Source: Gemmatimonadota bacterium
GTDB taxonomy: Bacteria > Gemmatimonadota > Gemmatimonadetes > Gemmatimonadales > GWC2-71-9
Reading direction: 5' to 3'
DNA length: 64,000 bases
Assembly: GCA_039588295.1 (NCBI GenBank)
Contig: JBDHAB010000002.1
Location: 1-64,000, forward strand
The position numbers and the translations under genes were made by a program. Of this stretch, positions 47,611 to 58,096 are shown one piece after another (the first letter of the stretch is position 1; the number at the start of each line of letters is the position of its first letter). Below the pieces are notes generated by a model. That model saw only the letters and a program-made list of their open reading frames with translations, made no database searches and was not told the origin of the DNA.

Positions 47611-48801
47611 TCACCGCACGGCCCGAGGAGGGCTCTCCCACCCTCCCCACGACGCCGGAGCATCGATCAAGCGCACGCCGGGTCTCCCACCGACCGGCGT
47701 GCGCTCGACCATGAATCGTCGAACCCCGCGGGCATTCCTTTGCCATCCACGCTCCAGCAGGGTCGCAAACCGATCGGCAGCCTTCTCGTCGTCCCACGCG
47801 GTCCACCACACGAGCGCGTACTCGCTCCCCTGTGCGCGGTAGACGCCGTAACGGTCGCCACCCCACGAACGCGCTCCTGCACGAGCGGTGGCCTCGCTCC
47901 CCATCAGCACAGTCAGCAGTACCCGCGTCTCAAATTCTCCCAGCCCGTCGGAATAGACTAACCCGGCTTCGTCGATGATTCGGAAATCGACCGGTTCGTC
48001 CCGGCGCAGATATCGGTCCGGATGCAGGATGTGCTCGGTCGAGAGCGGCATTCTCGGCCCGAACGGGACCGTGTCACGAAACGAGCGCTTGAACCACCTG
48101 ACGAAGTTCGCCCCCTCGAGATAGGGAAACACGATCGTCTCCTGCACGATGAGCGGTGCAGCGCTGAATACCGGCATCTGCGCATGCTGCCGTTTCAGCT
48201 GCTGGCGATAGGTATCCCAGAAGTTCGGAATGGCGTCGAAATCTCGCTTTGGCATCAGGACTTCGATCGAGGCCAGTGTCGCCTGCCCCTCCAAGACCGC
48301 CTGCGTGGCCATCCGCCGATCGTTGGCGCCGGGGATCGCCAGCAGCGAGTCGAGCGTCAGGTATTGCCCCTGCAGTGCGTGCACCAGCTCGTGCGCCAGG
48401 GTGAGTCGCACGAGCATCGGATCGACACCCTCCACGACGTACAGGGTCGCCGAGTCCGGATCGTAGTAGCCAACGACCTGTTCCGTGTACAGCGACAGCA
48501 GCAGCTGCCTGAGGTCCAGCGTATCAGGAAGAAGACCGAAAAGACGGTAGGCAGCCCCCATCCCCTCGAGTTTCTCTGGCGGTAACTCATCGTCCAATTT
48601 ACGAGCCATGTACGCAGCGACCTGTTCGCGGGACCGCAATTCCACACGGGGCGGTTCCTTGAACGGCAGGCCCACTGCGCGTTCCACCTCGGGAGTGAGC
48701 TCTTCCGTGTACCGCCGGATCTTCTCGCCGATCTGGGCCTCCCCCCGCTCGCCGCACGCGACGAGCGCGAGTCCGAGGAGACAACCGATCAGCGAACGCA
48801 C
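47611..48801 (-). CDS. lipoprotein, putative zinc metallopeptidase (HExxH)
   Basis: Lipobox LVAC; VGYYDP, LAHELVHALQ, EGQA, FPY.EG, STEHILHP; start uncertain. Confidence 0.78.
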   Translation of the reverse strand: MRSLIGCLLGLALVACGERGEAQIGEKIRRYTEELTPEVERAVGLPFKEPPRVELRSREQVAAYMARKLDDELPPEKLEGMGAAYRLFGLLPDTLDLRQLLLSLYTEQVVGYYDPDSATLYVVEGVDPMLVRLTLAHELVHALQGQYLTLDSLLAIPGANDRRMATQAVLEGQATLASIEVLMPKRDFDAIPNFWDTYRQQLKRQHAQMPVFSAAPLIVQETIVFPYLEGANFVRWFKRSFRDTVPFGPRMPLSTEHILHPDRYLRRDEPVDFRIIDEAGLVYSDGLGEFETRVLLTVLMGSEATARAGARSWGGDRYGVYRAQGSEYALVWWTAWDDEKAADRFATLLERGWQRNARGVRRFMVERTPVGGRPGVRLIDAPASWGGWESPPRAVR

Positions 48802-49050
48802 GAGTGACCCGCCGGCGCGGCGACACGCCGAGCCAGCGCACGGCACATGAAGGACTTGCATGGTAGAAACGTCATCCCTGGACTCCATCGATGCACTCCT
48901 CCGCGGGACGCCACCGAGTTTCCGCCCCTCTATGGCGGCGCAGAACAATAACCCCGAACCGTCCAGAAGGTTCGCGCCCGGCAACCGGACGCAAAACCGC
49001 CGGGCAGCAGCGCTGCCCGGCGGTTGACCTCCTCACCCCGGAGATACGCC

Positions 49051-49878
49051 TCAGCGGCCTCTGCGGAGCCGAATTCCCCCAGTTACCGTGCTCAGGCGCA
49101 GTGTGCGGCCGCCGTCTCCGATGGTGCCAGAGACCTGTTTGGGACCCCACTTACCCTGCACGGTGAGCGGAAAGTCGGAATCGAACCCACCGGTCACCAT
49201 GCTCGCCTTGACTTCGGCGCTCACATCCGCCGGCATGACGATGGTTATGCCGCCGTTCACCGTGGCAATCTCCAGGTCGCCACGCCAATCGGCACTGCCC
49301 ATCCGCACGTCGACAGACCCGTTGACGGTGCGCGCCTCAACAACGCCGGCGGTCTCCACTTCGACCCGGCCGTTCACGGTATAGGCATTGACCTTGGCGC
49401 CCAGCCCCGTGGCCTCGATCGCTCCGTTGATGGTGCTGGCCACCAGGTTCACACCTGCGGGCACTCGAACCGTGAAGTCGACCCGAGTGTCGTTCTCGTG
49501 CACGCTCATATGCCCGTGACCGCCGGGACGGCACTCATTGGGATCCTCGTCCGGATCGCTTGGGTACATGGCGCAGATCGTCACACCGCCGTCGTGCTCG
49601 ACGACCTCGAACGTGACGTCTTCGGCAGCCCCTCTGCGGCCAGCTTTCTTGGTAGCAGTCACCGCAACCTCAGAACCGCCGGCGGTGGCGCGAATCGGTC
49701 CGTTGATCCCCCTGATCTCGATCGCCCGTCCGGCCGAGATGCTGCCGCTCCATTCGAACGTCTCCTGCTGCACTGCAGAGAGACTGATCGCCGTCGGGGG
49801 AACTGGATCAGTGGCCGAAGACACCATCATGCCGTGCCCCATCAAGGCGGCCACAATCAGTATTGGGAACACTCTCAT
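49051..49878 (-). CDS. DUF4097 (Toastrack) beta-strand repeat protein
   Basis: Signal peptide; repeated T(I/V)NG.I/V motifs. Confidence 0.85.
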   Translation of the reverse strand: MRVFPILIVAALMGHGMMVSSATDPVPPTAISLSAVQQETFEWSGSISAGRAIEIRGINGPIRATAGGSEVAVTATKKAGRRGAAEDVTFEVVEHDGGVTICAMYPSDPDEDPNECRPGGHGHMSVHENDTRVDFTVRVPAGVNLVASTINGAIEATGLGAKVNAYTVNGRVEVETAGVVEARTVNGSVDVRMGSADWRGDLEIATVNGGITIVMPADVSAEVKASMVTGGFDSDFPLTVQGKWGPKQVSGTIGDGGRTLRLSTVTGGIRLRRGR

Positions 49879-49917
49879 TGGGAAATCTCCTCAACGTCGT
49901 GGTCAGTAAGCCGGACC

Positions 49918-50766
49918 CTACGGCCGGCGCAGTCGAATGGACCCACCAAAGGACTCCAGCTCGATCCGCGCCCCGCCGGTGCCAATCGTGAAGTGGAACT
50001 GCTTCCCACCAGCCTTCGTCTGACTCAGGGTCAGCGGGAAATCGCTCTCGAACCCGCCGCTGAACGTCGAAACGGATACCGTGGCGTTCACTCCCGCCGG
50101 CACCGCCACGCTCAGGTCACCATTGTGCGTATTGAACGAATAGCGTCCGTCATCACGGAGGGTCCCGTCATAGCTGACCCCGCCGTTCATGGTGTTGGCC
50201 TCCACCAGCCGTGACTCGATGCCACGCATCGTGATGGAGCCGTTGACGGTCGACACCGTGATCTCTCCTCGGGCATCGAACACCTCGACCCCCGCGTTCA
50301 CCGCCTCGAGCTCGATGCGTCCTTCTGCCCCGCGGCACTCCACAGGGCCATGGACCGAGACGATCTTGACGAAGCCACGGCCACCGACCAGCCGGACCGG
50401 CCCCTGGACCGTCTCGACACTGACCTCACCCGACACACCCTCGAGATCCACCGCCATCCAGGCTCCTTCGATGTTCATGTCCAGCGACGCCGGAACGGTG
50501 AGGTCGAACTCCACGGATCCAGGCGCACCCCACTCCGTCCCCACGTCCAGACGCACGGTCCCGTCATCGCGCTCGATCTCGACATACTCGGAAGGGGAAT
50601 GGTCTGCCACGATCCGCAGCTCGTTGCGCTCCCAGGTCCGCACGGTGACCTGCCCTCTGAGCATCTCGACGTTCAAACGTGTCGCCGACCCGAGCGGAAT
50701 GATCGTATCGGTCTGGGGAACGAGCCCCGCGCTCAGCGCCACAGCAGCCACCAAAGTTCCTAACAT
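49918..50766 (-). CDS. DUF4097 (Toastrack) beta-strand repeat protein
   Basis: Signal peptide; repeated TVQG/SVHG/TVNG/TMNG motifs. Confidence 0.85.
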   Translation of the reverse strand: MLGTLVAAVALSAGLVPQTDTIIPLGSATRLNVEMLRGQVTVRTWERNELRIVADHSPSEYVEIERDDGTVRLDVGTEWGAPGSVEFDLTVPASLDMNIEGAWMAVDLEGVSGEVSVETVQGPVRLVGGRGFVKIVSVHGPVECRGAEGRIELEAVNAGVEVFDARGEITVSTVNGSITMRGIESRLVEANTMNGGVSYDGTLRDDGRYSFNTHNGDLSVAVPAGVNATVSVSTFSGGFESDFPLTLSQTKAGGKQFHFTIGTGGARIELESFGGSIRLRRP

Positions 50767-50810
50767 GGTTCAGATCCTCATTCAGCAAGAATGTTCGTTA
50801 CGAGTGAGCA

Positions 50811-51488
50811 TCACATCGCCGCGCCAACAATCGTCGTGGCACGTCTCAAGAAATCCACCTTGCGCCGCATCGTCGCGGCGAGATGTGCGCTCACGTAGGT
50901 ATTGGCCGGATCCTGGGCCAGCGCGGCCCGCGCGTCGGCAAGTGCCCGATCGATTACGGCCAGGTTCTCCTCCAACACACGCACCGTTTCCGGGTCGAGC
51001 TGGGCTCGCTGTGCCGCAAGCACCTGCTCGAGCGCCGTGACCGCCGCGTCGTAATCGGGGGTCACCACGGCTGCGGCGATCGCCGGAACATCAGTGCCCG
51101 GGCCGGCCGCAGCCCGCGGCCCGGTCGCCGCCGGCCCGGGGGCCAACAACAGCCAGACGGCGCCAGCCGACACCGCCACGAGTGCGAGACCGGCCGCAGC
51201 CAATTGCGGCACGGACAACGTGATCTTGCGTCCCGTGCGCGCTCGCCAGTCCCGCACATCCACCACCCCGGACTGCGGACGGATCCGCTCGGCGACACCG
51301 GGCCAGAGATCGCGGGTCGGCGAACGGTCGCGGAGCGCCTCTGCCCGAGCGACGACTCGGCGGAGATCCTCGAGCGCCTCGGCACACGCCGGACATTCCC
51401 GGAGATGGGACTCCAGCGCGCCCCGCTCGCCGGATTCGAGCTCCCCGTCCACGTACTCGGATAATCGATCACGCCACGAGTCGTTCAT
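50811..51488 (-). CDS. zinc-binding anti-sigma factor (zf-HC2)
   Basis: LSEYVDGEL..HLRECPAC, single TM helix, periplasmic helical domain. Confidence 0.92.
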   Translation of the reverse strand: MNDSWRDRLSEYVDGELESGERGALESHLRECPACAEALEDLRRVVARAEALRDRSPTRDLWPGVAERIRPQSGVVDVRDWRARTGRKITLSVPQLAAAGLALVAVSAGAVWLLLAPGPAATGPRAAAGPGTDVPAIAAAVVTPDYDAAVTALEQVLAAQRAQLDPETVRVLEENLAVIDRALADARAALAQDPANTYVSAHLAATMRRKVDFLRRATTIVGAAM

Positions 51489-51499
51489 GGTCGTATTCC

Positions 51500-52024
51500 C
51501 TACCGGTCCAGGTGCTGTCGCAGCATCATGCGGGCGCGGTGGAGCTGCGCTTTGGAGGTGCCGGCCGTGACCCCCAGCATGTCGGCGATCTCCCGATGCT
51601 TGAACCCTTCGACGTCGTGCAACACGAACACTTCCCTCGCTCCTCCGGGTAGCCGGCTTATCGCCGCTTCGAAATCCAGGCTGAGGTCCGGCTCCACCCG
51701 CGGTCCCGATGCGATCTCAAGCACGCCATCCGCCGAGCGGAATCGGTCCCGGTCTCTTCCCGTTGCGGTCCGTCGAGCGAGCAACGCGTTGATGGCCAGG
51801 CGGTGGAGCCACGTGCCGAACGCGGCCTCGCCTCGGAACGAGCCCAACTTCTCCCATGCTCGTATGAACGCTTCCTGCGTCGCATCATCCGCTTCCTCGG
51901 GCCCAACCATGCGTCTCGCCAGGCTGTGGACCCGCGCCACGTGACGGTGGTACAGCCGCTCGAACGCCTCAGCGTCTCCACCTGCAGCCAGCCGCACATC
52001 GCCCGTGTCAGATCTCTCGGTCAG
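51500..52024 (-). CDS. ECF RNA polymerase sigma factor
   Basis: GDAEAFERLY, DATQEAF, TWLHRLAIN, LHDVEG..H.EIA, GTSKAQLHRAR; start is CTG 52024 (SD GAGG) or GTG 51997. Confidence 0.95.
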   Translation of the reverse strand: MTERSDTGDVRLAAGGDAEAFERLYHRHVARVHSLARRMVGPEEADDATQEAFIRAWEKLGSFRGEAAFGTWLHRLAINALLARRTATGRDRDRFRSADGVLEIASGPRVEPDLSLDFEAAISRLPGGAREVFVLHDVEGFKHREIADMLGVTAGTSKAQLHRARMMLRQHLDR

Positions 52025-52109
52025 GTTGCCACCTCGGCCGGCCGTGTGGTCCGGAACTCATCTGGTTGGATAGCAGTGGAGGGGAAATGGTTGACACGAC
52101 CCACTGCGC

Positions 52110-52880
52110 TCAGGGCGTGCCCCACACCTGCCGGAGGTACCAGGCCACGATCTCGTCACCCACCACGAACGTGACGGCCGCCGCAGCCGCGAGGAAGACG
52201 CCAAACGGGACCAAACGTTTCCGCCTTATCGAAAGGGGAACGAAGACGAGCGTCCCCAGCAGCGCACCACCGAAGATGGTGAGGAGCACGCCCTTCCATC
52301 CCACGAACGCACCCACCATCGCCATCATCTTGATATCGCCGCCGCCCATCGCCTCCTGGCCGAAGGCCTTCTCGCCCGCCCAGGCCACAAACACCAACAG
52401 CGCAAATCCAACGGCGGCGCCCACCGCTGCCCACCCCAGACCCGTCAGACCGCCTCGCAGCGACAGCAGCAGCCCGAGGGCGAGCCCCCCGATCGTGTAC
52501 TCGTCGGGAATCAGGTAGTGCCGCGCATCGGTGACCCCGATGCCGAGGAGGATCGTGCCGAGGGTCACGGCCGCCAGCGCGTCCCAGCCGAGCCCGTAGT
52601 GCCACACCGCTGCCACCCATACCGCCGCAACCAGCGCCTCGACAATCGGGTATAGCACGGATATCGGCTGCGCGCAGTGCCGACAGCGTCCCCGGAGTCC
52701 CAGCCATGATACGATTGGGATGTTGTCGAACCACGCGATTGGGGTGCCGCACTTGGGACATTTCGACCGTGGCCGCGCAATCGACTCGCCGACCGGGAGC
52801 CGCGCGAGACACACGTTGAGGAAGCTCCCGAAGATGGCCCCAAAGAGCCCCGCCGCGACGAGCCAGAACGCATCAGGCAT
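52110..52880 (-). CDS. pilD: prepilin peptidase / N-methyltransferase
   Basis: GSFLNV, CPKC..DNIP..GRCRHC, MGGGDIK, PFGVFL. Confidence 0.95.
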   Translation of the reverse strand: MPDAFWLVAAGLFGAIFGSFLNVCLARLPVGESIARPRSKCPKCGTPIAWFDNIPIVSWLGLRGRCRHCAQPISVLYPIVEALVAAVWVAAVWHYGLGWDALAAVTLGTILLGIGVTDARHYLIPDEYTIGGLALGLLLSLRGGLTGLGWAAVGAAVGFALLVFVAWAGEKAFGQEAMGGGDIKMMAMVGAFVGWKGVLLTIFGGALLGTLVFVPLSIRRKRLVPFGVFLAAAAAVTFVVGDEIVAWYLRQVWGTP

Positions 52881-53643
52881 TCCGCCCTACCTCGTAGAGC
52901 AGGATGCCCGCCGCTACCGCCACGTTCAGCGACTCCGCACCCCGAGCCAGCGGAATGGCCACCCGGTGCGTGGCCAGCGATCGCACGAACGGGCGCACTC
53001 CGGCGCCCTCGTTGCCGACCACCACGGCGAGCTGCTCACCGTGCGAGAGCCGTGGGAGCGGCGTGCCCTCCGTCGTCGCCGCCCACACCGTCACGCCGTA
53101 TTGTTTCACCCACGCGGTGAATTCACCGTCCTGCACCGCCGCCACCGGCAGACGGAACGTCGCGCCCGTCGCCGCTCTCAGGACCTTGGGATTCGTGAGT
53201 GCCGCCGTTCCCGGCAGGACGATGGCGCCGGGCGAGCCCAACGCGAAGGCGGTTCGGAGGAGGGTGCCGACATTGCCGGGGTCCTGGACGCCGTCCAGCA
53301 CCAGCACGGGATGCCGTGCGCTGGGGCGGATCTCCTCCAGATGGTGGACCGGCGGATCCAGGACGGCGAGGATGCCCTGCGGGGTGTCCGTATCCGCCAA
53401 CTGCACGAGTTCCCGCGGGGAAAGCTCCTCCACCGGAACCGCGCGCAATGCCAGCGACTCGAGTAACGCCGCGCCGCGCGGCTGCCCCGCCAACTCCGAA
53501 TCGACCACCACACCTCGCACAGGCACGCCCGCGTCCAGCGCTTCCTCAACGAGACGCACGCCCTCCGCAACCGCAAGCCGGCTCCGCTTGCGCGCTTTGC
53601 GGCGTTGTAGATTGCGTATCTGCGTAACGAGATTGGGGGCCAT
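52873..53643 (-). CDS. TrmH/SpoU family RNA methyltransferase
   Basis: VQDPGNVGTLLRTA, GNEGAG, ESLNVAVA. Confidence 0.95.
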   Translation of the reverse strand: MAPNLVTQIRNLQRRKARKRSRLAVAEGVRLVEEALDAGVPVRGVVVDSELAGQPRGAALLESLALRAVPVEELSPRELVQLADTDTPQGILAVLDPPVHHLEEIRPSARHPVLVLDGVQDPGNVGTLLRTAFALGSPGAIVLPGTAALTNPKVLRAATGATFRLPVAAVQDGEFTAWVKQYGVTVWAATTEGTPLPRLSHGEQLAVVVGNEGAGVRPFVRSLATHRVAIPLARGAESLNVAVAAGILLYEVGRNA

Positions 53644-53727
53644 GGTTCAAATGCTTCCCGGAAGCAATGTGGTCGAGCGGCGCGCGTTCGCCAAGCGATG
53701 GCCTAGCCGGCGGATCGGAGTAACCGC

Positions 53728-54531
53728 GTGAAGATCGCACTCACCATCGCTGGATCGGACTCGGGCGGTGGGGCCGGCATCCAGGCCGATCTCAAGACGT
53801 TTCACCAGTTCGGCGTGTTCGGTACGAGTGTCCTCGTCGCCATCACCGCGCAGAATACACGCGGCGTGACCGGTGTCCACCCGATCCCCATGGACATGGT
53901 CCGGCAGCAGCTCGAGGCCGTCGCCGACGACCTGTTCCCCGCGGCAGTGAAGACCGGTATGCTGGCAACGGCAGCGCTCGTGCATGCCGTGGCAGAGGGA
54001 ATCCGGTCCTCCGGATTCCCCAACTACGTACTCGACCCGGTGATGGTGGCGACCTCCGGCGACCGCCTCCTCGCTGCCGATGCCGAACGGTCGGTCGCCG
54101 AGACCCTGGTCCCACTAGCGACCCTCGTGACGCCCAACCTCGACGAGGCGAGGATTCTGGTGCAGGAGAAGATCGAGACTGTTGCCGAGATGCACCTGGC
54201 CGGGCGAGCGCTGCTGCGCCGTGGAGCGCACGGGGTCTTGATCAAGGGCGGTCACCTGCCCGGTGACCAGGTCGTCGACGTGCTGGTCACCGCCGATACG
54301 ACCAGAGAATTCCGTCGCCCGCGGATCGAGACGGCCTCCACGCACGGAACGGGCTGCACGCTCTCGTCGGCGATCACCGCCGGGCTCGCATTGGGCCGAA
54401 GCTTGGAGCGGGCCGTCACCGACGGCCTTGAGTTCGTGCATCGCGCCATCGCTGCCGCTCCGGGGCTGGGGTCCGGCCACGGCCCGCTCAACCACTTTGT
54501 GGCGGCTCCTGAACTGGAGGTCGACGCGTGA
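53728..54531 (+). CDS. thiD: hydroxymethylpyrimidine/phosphomethylpyrimidine kinase
   Basis: [37 protein letters not shown]. Confidence 0.97.
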   Translation: MKIALTIAGSDSGGGAGIQADLKTFHQFGVFGTSVLVAITAQNTRGVTGVHPIPMDMVRQQLEAVADDLFPAAVKTGMLATAALVHAVAEGIRSSGFPNYVLDPVMVATSGDRLLAADAERSVAETLVPLATLVTPNLDEARILVQEKIETVAEMHLAGRALLRRGAHGVLIKGGHLPGDQVVDVLVTADTTREFRRPRIETASTHGTGCTLSSAITAGLALGRSLERAVTDGLEFVHRAIAAAPGLGSGHGPLNHFVAAPELEVDA

Positions 54532-56018
54532 CCGCCGATTCGCATCCGGAAGCTGAGCGTTCCCTCACTCGGCGACCGCCCCGGGGGCGTAGCATCTTCT
54601 GCAACCGCACGCTCAACCTGCGGTCGATTCGGGCCATCGGCTATGACATGGACTACACGCTGATCCAGTACCAAAGCGAAGAGTGGGAGCGGCGCGCGTA
54701 CGAGCATCTCCGCCAGAAGCTCGACGCACGCAACTGGCCGGTCGCCGATCTCGAGTTCGATCCCCAGCTCGCCATCCGCGGACTCATCCTCGACCTCGAA
54801 TACGGCAACCTCGTAAAGGCCAACCGCTTCGGATACGTCATGCGTGCCTGTCATGGCACGCGCATCATCGCGTTCGAGGATCAACGCGCCCTCTATGGTC
54901 GTGAGCTGATCGAACTGGGGGAGGAACGATACGTATTCCTCAACACGCTGTTCTCGCTGTCGGAAGCATGCATGTACTCCCAGCTCGTGGACCGACTGGA
55001 CGCGGGGCAGGTGCCGGAAGTTCTGGGCTACGCCGATCTCTACCGGCGGGTGCGCCAATCCATCGACGAGGCACACATGGAAGGCGAGCTCAAATCGGAG
55101 ATCATGGCCGACCCCGACCGGTTCGTGGAACGCGACCCTGAGCTCGCGCTCACGTTGCTCGACCAACGGCACGCCGGGAAGAAGATCCTGCTCATCACGA
55201 ACTCGGAGTGGGGATATACCCAGGCGATGATGGCCTACGCGTTCGACCCGTTCCTGGCGAATGGGCAACATTGGCGCGACCTCTTTGATCTCGTGATCGT
55301 ATCGGCGCGGAAGCCGGTGTTCTTTTCCGAGCAGAATCCGGTCTTCGAGGTGGTGAACGACGAGGGACTCCTGCGACCAGCCGCAATGGGGATTCAGGAA
55401 CCCGGTGTATACCTGGGTGGCAACGCCGCGATGGTCGAGGACCACCTCGGTGTCTCGGGTGATGAGATTCTCTATGTCGGTGACCACATCTACACCGACG
55501 TCCACGTGTCGAAGAGCGTGCTTCGCTGGCGCACGGCACTGGTCGTGCGCGAACTCGAGGGTGACCTCACGGCAGAGGAGCAGTTTGCGAGCACGCAGGA
55601 CCGGCTGAGCGCGCTCATGCAGCGCAAAGAGGATCTCGAGTTCGAGTACTCACAGACCCGGCTTGCGCTCCAGCGGCGGCGTGCCCGCTATGGTCCAAAG
55701 CCCGGTCGGCCGACTCGGACCCTCGAGCGCCGGCTCACCAGCATACGGGACGAGCTGCGGGCGTTCGATGAGGAGATCGCTCCGCTCGCGGCGGCAGCCG
55801 CGGGGCTCGGGAATCAGCGTTGGGGACCGTTGATGCGGGCGGGGAACGACAAGAGCCACCTGGCACGTCAGGTCGAACGCTCCGCGGACATCTACATGTC
55901 ACGCGTGTCGAACTTCTTGTACGAATCCCCGTTTCAGTATCTCAGGGCGCCCCGCGGGCCACTGCCGCACGATGCGGTTGGCCCCGCACCCCCCAGTCGT
56001 AAGGGTGCCCCGGACTAG
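54528..56018 (+). CDS. HAD-IG family 5'-nucleotidase (cN-II-like)
   Basis: GYDMDYTL, LITNS, ARKP.FF, YVGDHIY.D, ADIY.SRV.N. Confidence 0.93.
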   Translation: MTADSHPEAERSLTRRPPRGRSIFCNRTLNLRSIRAIGYDMDYTLIQYQSEEWERRAYEHLRQKLDARNWPVADLEFDPQLAIRGLILDLEYGNLVKANRFGYVMRACHGTRIIAFEDQRALYGRELIELGEERYVFLNTLFSLSEACMYSQLVDRLDAGQVPEVLGYADLYRRVRQSIDEAHMEGELKSEIMADPDRFVERDPELALTLLDQRHAGKKILLITNSEWGYTQAMMAYAFDPFLANGQHWRDLFDLVIVSARKPVFFSEQNPVFEVVNDEGLLRPAAMGIQEPGVYLGGNAAMVEDHLGVSGDEILYVGDHIYTDVHVSKSVLRWRTALVVRELEGDLTAEEQFASTQDRLSALMQRKEDLEFEYSQTRLALQRRRARYGPKPGRPTRTLERRLTSIRDELRAFDEEIAPLAAAAAGLGNQRWGPLMRAGNDKSHLARQVERSADIYMSRVSNFLYESPFQYLRAPRGPLPHDAVGPAPPSRKGAPD

Positions 56019-56446
56019 GCCTGGAGCAAGCGAGCGGGACGGAAGGCGACCAGCAGCGCGAGGCTCACACCGGCCACTCCGGCGAGGATGAGCCGGTCTC
56101 CCGAGATGAACCAGAGAACCGCGCCAAACAGGGTCGAGCCCTCAGCCAGCGCCCAAATGATGATGCCGCGGGCGCCGTGGTGCCTCCACCACGCATGCTC
56201 GTCGGTTGCCCCATCGTAGGGCTGGATGCGCATCCGAACGATCCGCGCAATGACGACGACCGCGGCCAACTCGGCAAACGCGACGAGGCGCACCGCCAGC
56301 AACGGAAGATCGGGCGGCTCCTGAGATACCACTTCCCGCACCAGCCCGAACCCAACCAGCGTCAGCACCGCGCCCACGACCAGAGCGCCATAGATGATGG
56401 ACACGCTGCGGCGGTCCAGGGCTGCGGTCTGATTCGAGGTCTGCAT
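56015..56446 (-). CDS. hypothetical membrane protein
   Basis: Four hydrophobic segments; IIIWALAEG. Confidence 0.7.
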   Translation of the reverse strand: MQTSNQTAALDRRSVSIIYGALVVGAVLTLVGFGLVREVVSQEPPDLPLLAVRLVAFAELAAVVVIARIVRMRIQPYDGATDEHAWWRHHGARGIIIWALAEGSTLFGAVLWFISGDRLILAGVAGVSLALLVAFRPARLLQA

Positions 56447-56464
56447 CGCGCCTGGTCGGAGCGC

Positions 56465-57913
56465 CTAGGGGAGCGGCCCGCCGACCACACGCTTGACCGG
56501 TGTGCCCCGTGGGAAGGTGCTCGCGAGCTCGACCCCGTTGATCAATGCGACGGTCTCGATCGGCACCCGGGAGGGGTACCGCTGATTGAACTGCCCGAGC
56601 GTCAAGGTGCGGTCGAGGGTCACCACATCCAGGCGCAATGGTTGCACGCCGAGCGCCGACCGGTCGGTCAGCACACGGAAGCTCTCGAACGAGCGGTCGA
56701 CGGTACTCTCGTAAGAACCCCAGGTCGACGCCACCCCGTAGCCGAGGAGCTGGTACACGGCACCGCCGTGCTCGACGAAGGTGGCCAGCCCTCGGAGGGT
56801 TCCCTCCTGCGTCGTGGCGCTGAATGAGGCAGAGGCCGCCGACAACCCGTTGATCGAACTGGACCGCACTGGGCCGCCCTGCACGCCTTCCTGCGCGAGA
56901 AACGCGCTCGCCGCGTCCACTGCCGAACGCTCACTGGCGAGTGTGAGCTGCATCAGGGCGTCCTTGTTGGGGCTCTGCGCCAGCACCGCCTGTTTCTGGT
57001 TCGCTGTGGCCCACCCGGCCGGGAAGTCGAGCCGGAATCGGAGATCGGGGTGGAAGAACTCCTGCTCACGGAAGAAGCCCTCCCGTGGATTGGGCCCGTA
57101 GACGAGGCCGTCCAGGCGGCGCAGGTATTGCGCCTGATTGACGGTCCCGTTCGTCTGCCGGATGGAATCGAGCTTCACCTCGATGCGTTGCTGGCGATCG
57201 ACGGGATTGGGGTGGGTTGAGAGCCATCCAGGCAGCCCGTCACCGCCACTCGCGGCGCTCATCCGATCGAGCATCACGTACACATCCGGCATCTCGCTCG
57301 CGTCGTACCCGCCCCGCACCATGTAGCGCAACCCCAAATCGTCCGCCTCGCGCTCGTCGTCGCGGCTGAACTTGAGAAACAGCAACTGGAGCCCCACACC
57401 GGCCACCCCCAGCACGTTCTGTAGCTTCGGCGCCAGCACGGCCCCGGCCACCAGCCCAACCTGAGCGAGTTGCTGCGTGCTCATCTGCTGTGCCGAATGA
57501 CGCGCGGTCACGTGACCGATTTCGTGACCCAGTACCGAGGCGAGCTCCGCCTCCGAGTTCATGTGCGCCATGATCCCACGGGTGATGTAGATGAACCCCC
57601 CGGGGACCGCGAAGGCGTTCACCGCGGGATCGTCCACCACCCGGAACGTCCACGGCAGGGTCGGTCGCTCCGTTTGGCTCGCCAGGCGCTGACCGAGACC
57701 CGCCACGTACCGCTGAAGGCCCGAGTCTGGGTACACGCCGAATGAGGCCACAATCGAGGGATCGGCCTCCAAACCCATCTGGATTTCCTGTTGTTCGCTG
57801 ACGAACATCAGCTGCCGCCGCCCCGTGGCCGGATTAACCGCGCATCCAACGAGGATCAGCGCGACAGTTGCGAGAAGTACTCTCGTCCAACGGCGTGGGT
57901 TGGGTCGCATCAT
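56465..57913 (-). CDS. M48 family metalloprotease lipoprotein
   Basis: CAVNPATG, NAFAVPGG, GHEIGHVTARH, E.EAD, LSTHP. Confidence 0.95.
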   Translation of the reverse strand: MMRPNPRRWTRVLLATVALILVGCAVNPATGRRQLMFVSEQQEIQMGLEADPSIVASFGVYPDSGLQRYVAGLGQRLASQTERPTLPWTFRVVDDPAVNAFAVPGGFIYITRGIMAHMNSEAELASVLGHEIGHVTARHSAQQMSTQQLAQVGLVAGAVLAPKLQNVLGVAGVGLQLLFLKFSRDDEREADDLGLRYMVRGGYDASEMPDVYVMLDRMSAASGGDGLPGWLSTHPNPVDRQQRIEVKLDSIRQTNGTVNQAQYLRRLDGLVYGPNPREGFFREQEFFHPDLRFRLDFPAGWATANQKQAVLAQSPNKDALMQLTLASERSAVDAASAFLAQEGVQGGPVRSSSINGLSAASASFSATTQEGTLRGLATFVEHGGAVYQLLGYGVASTWGSYESTVDRSFESFRVLTDRSALGVQPLRLDVVTLDRTLTLGQFNQRYPSRVPIETVALINGVELASTFPRGTPVKRVVGGPLP

Positions 57914-58007
57914 GGGATGGAATGACTCCTGGCCGGGTGCAAGAACGGCTGCGAATCTCGTAATGGGTTGAAAGATGAGTGAGAGGACCGGGGAGTGGTA
58001 GCGCCGC

Positions 58008-58044
58008 AGAGAAAGGGGCGATGAGTCGTCGACTCATCGCCCCT
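58008..58044 (-). terminator. intrinsic terminator of the ECF-HEAT operon
   Basis: 14-bp stem AGGGGCGATGAGTC / GACTCATCGCCCCT followed by TTCTCT on the minus strand. Confidence 0.8.
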
Positions 58045-58096
58045 CACGCCTCAGGCCGGCAGCATGCCGACCACGACGATCAACGAGGTGGGCCGG

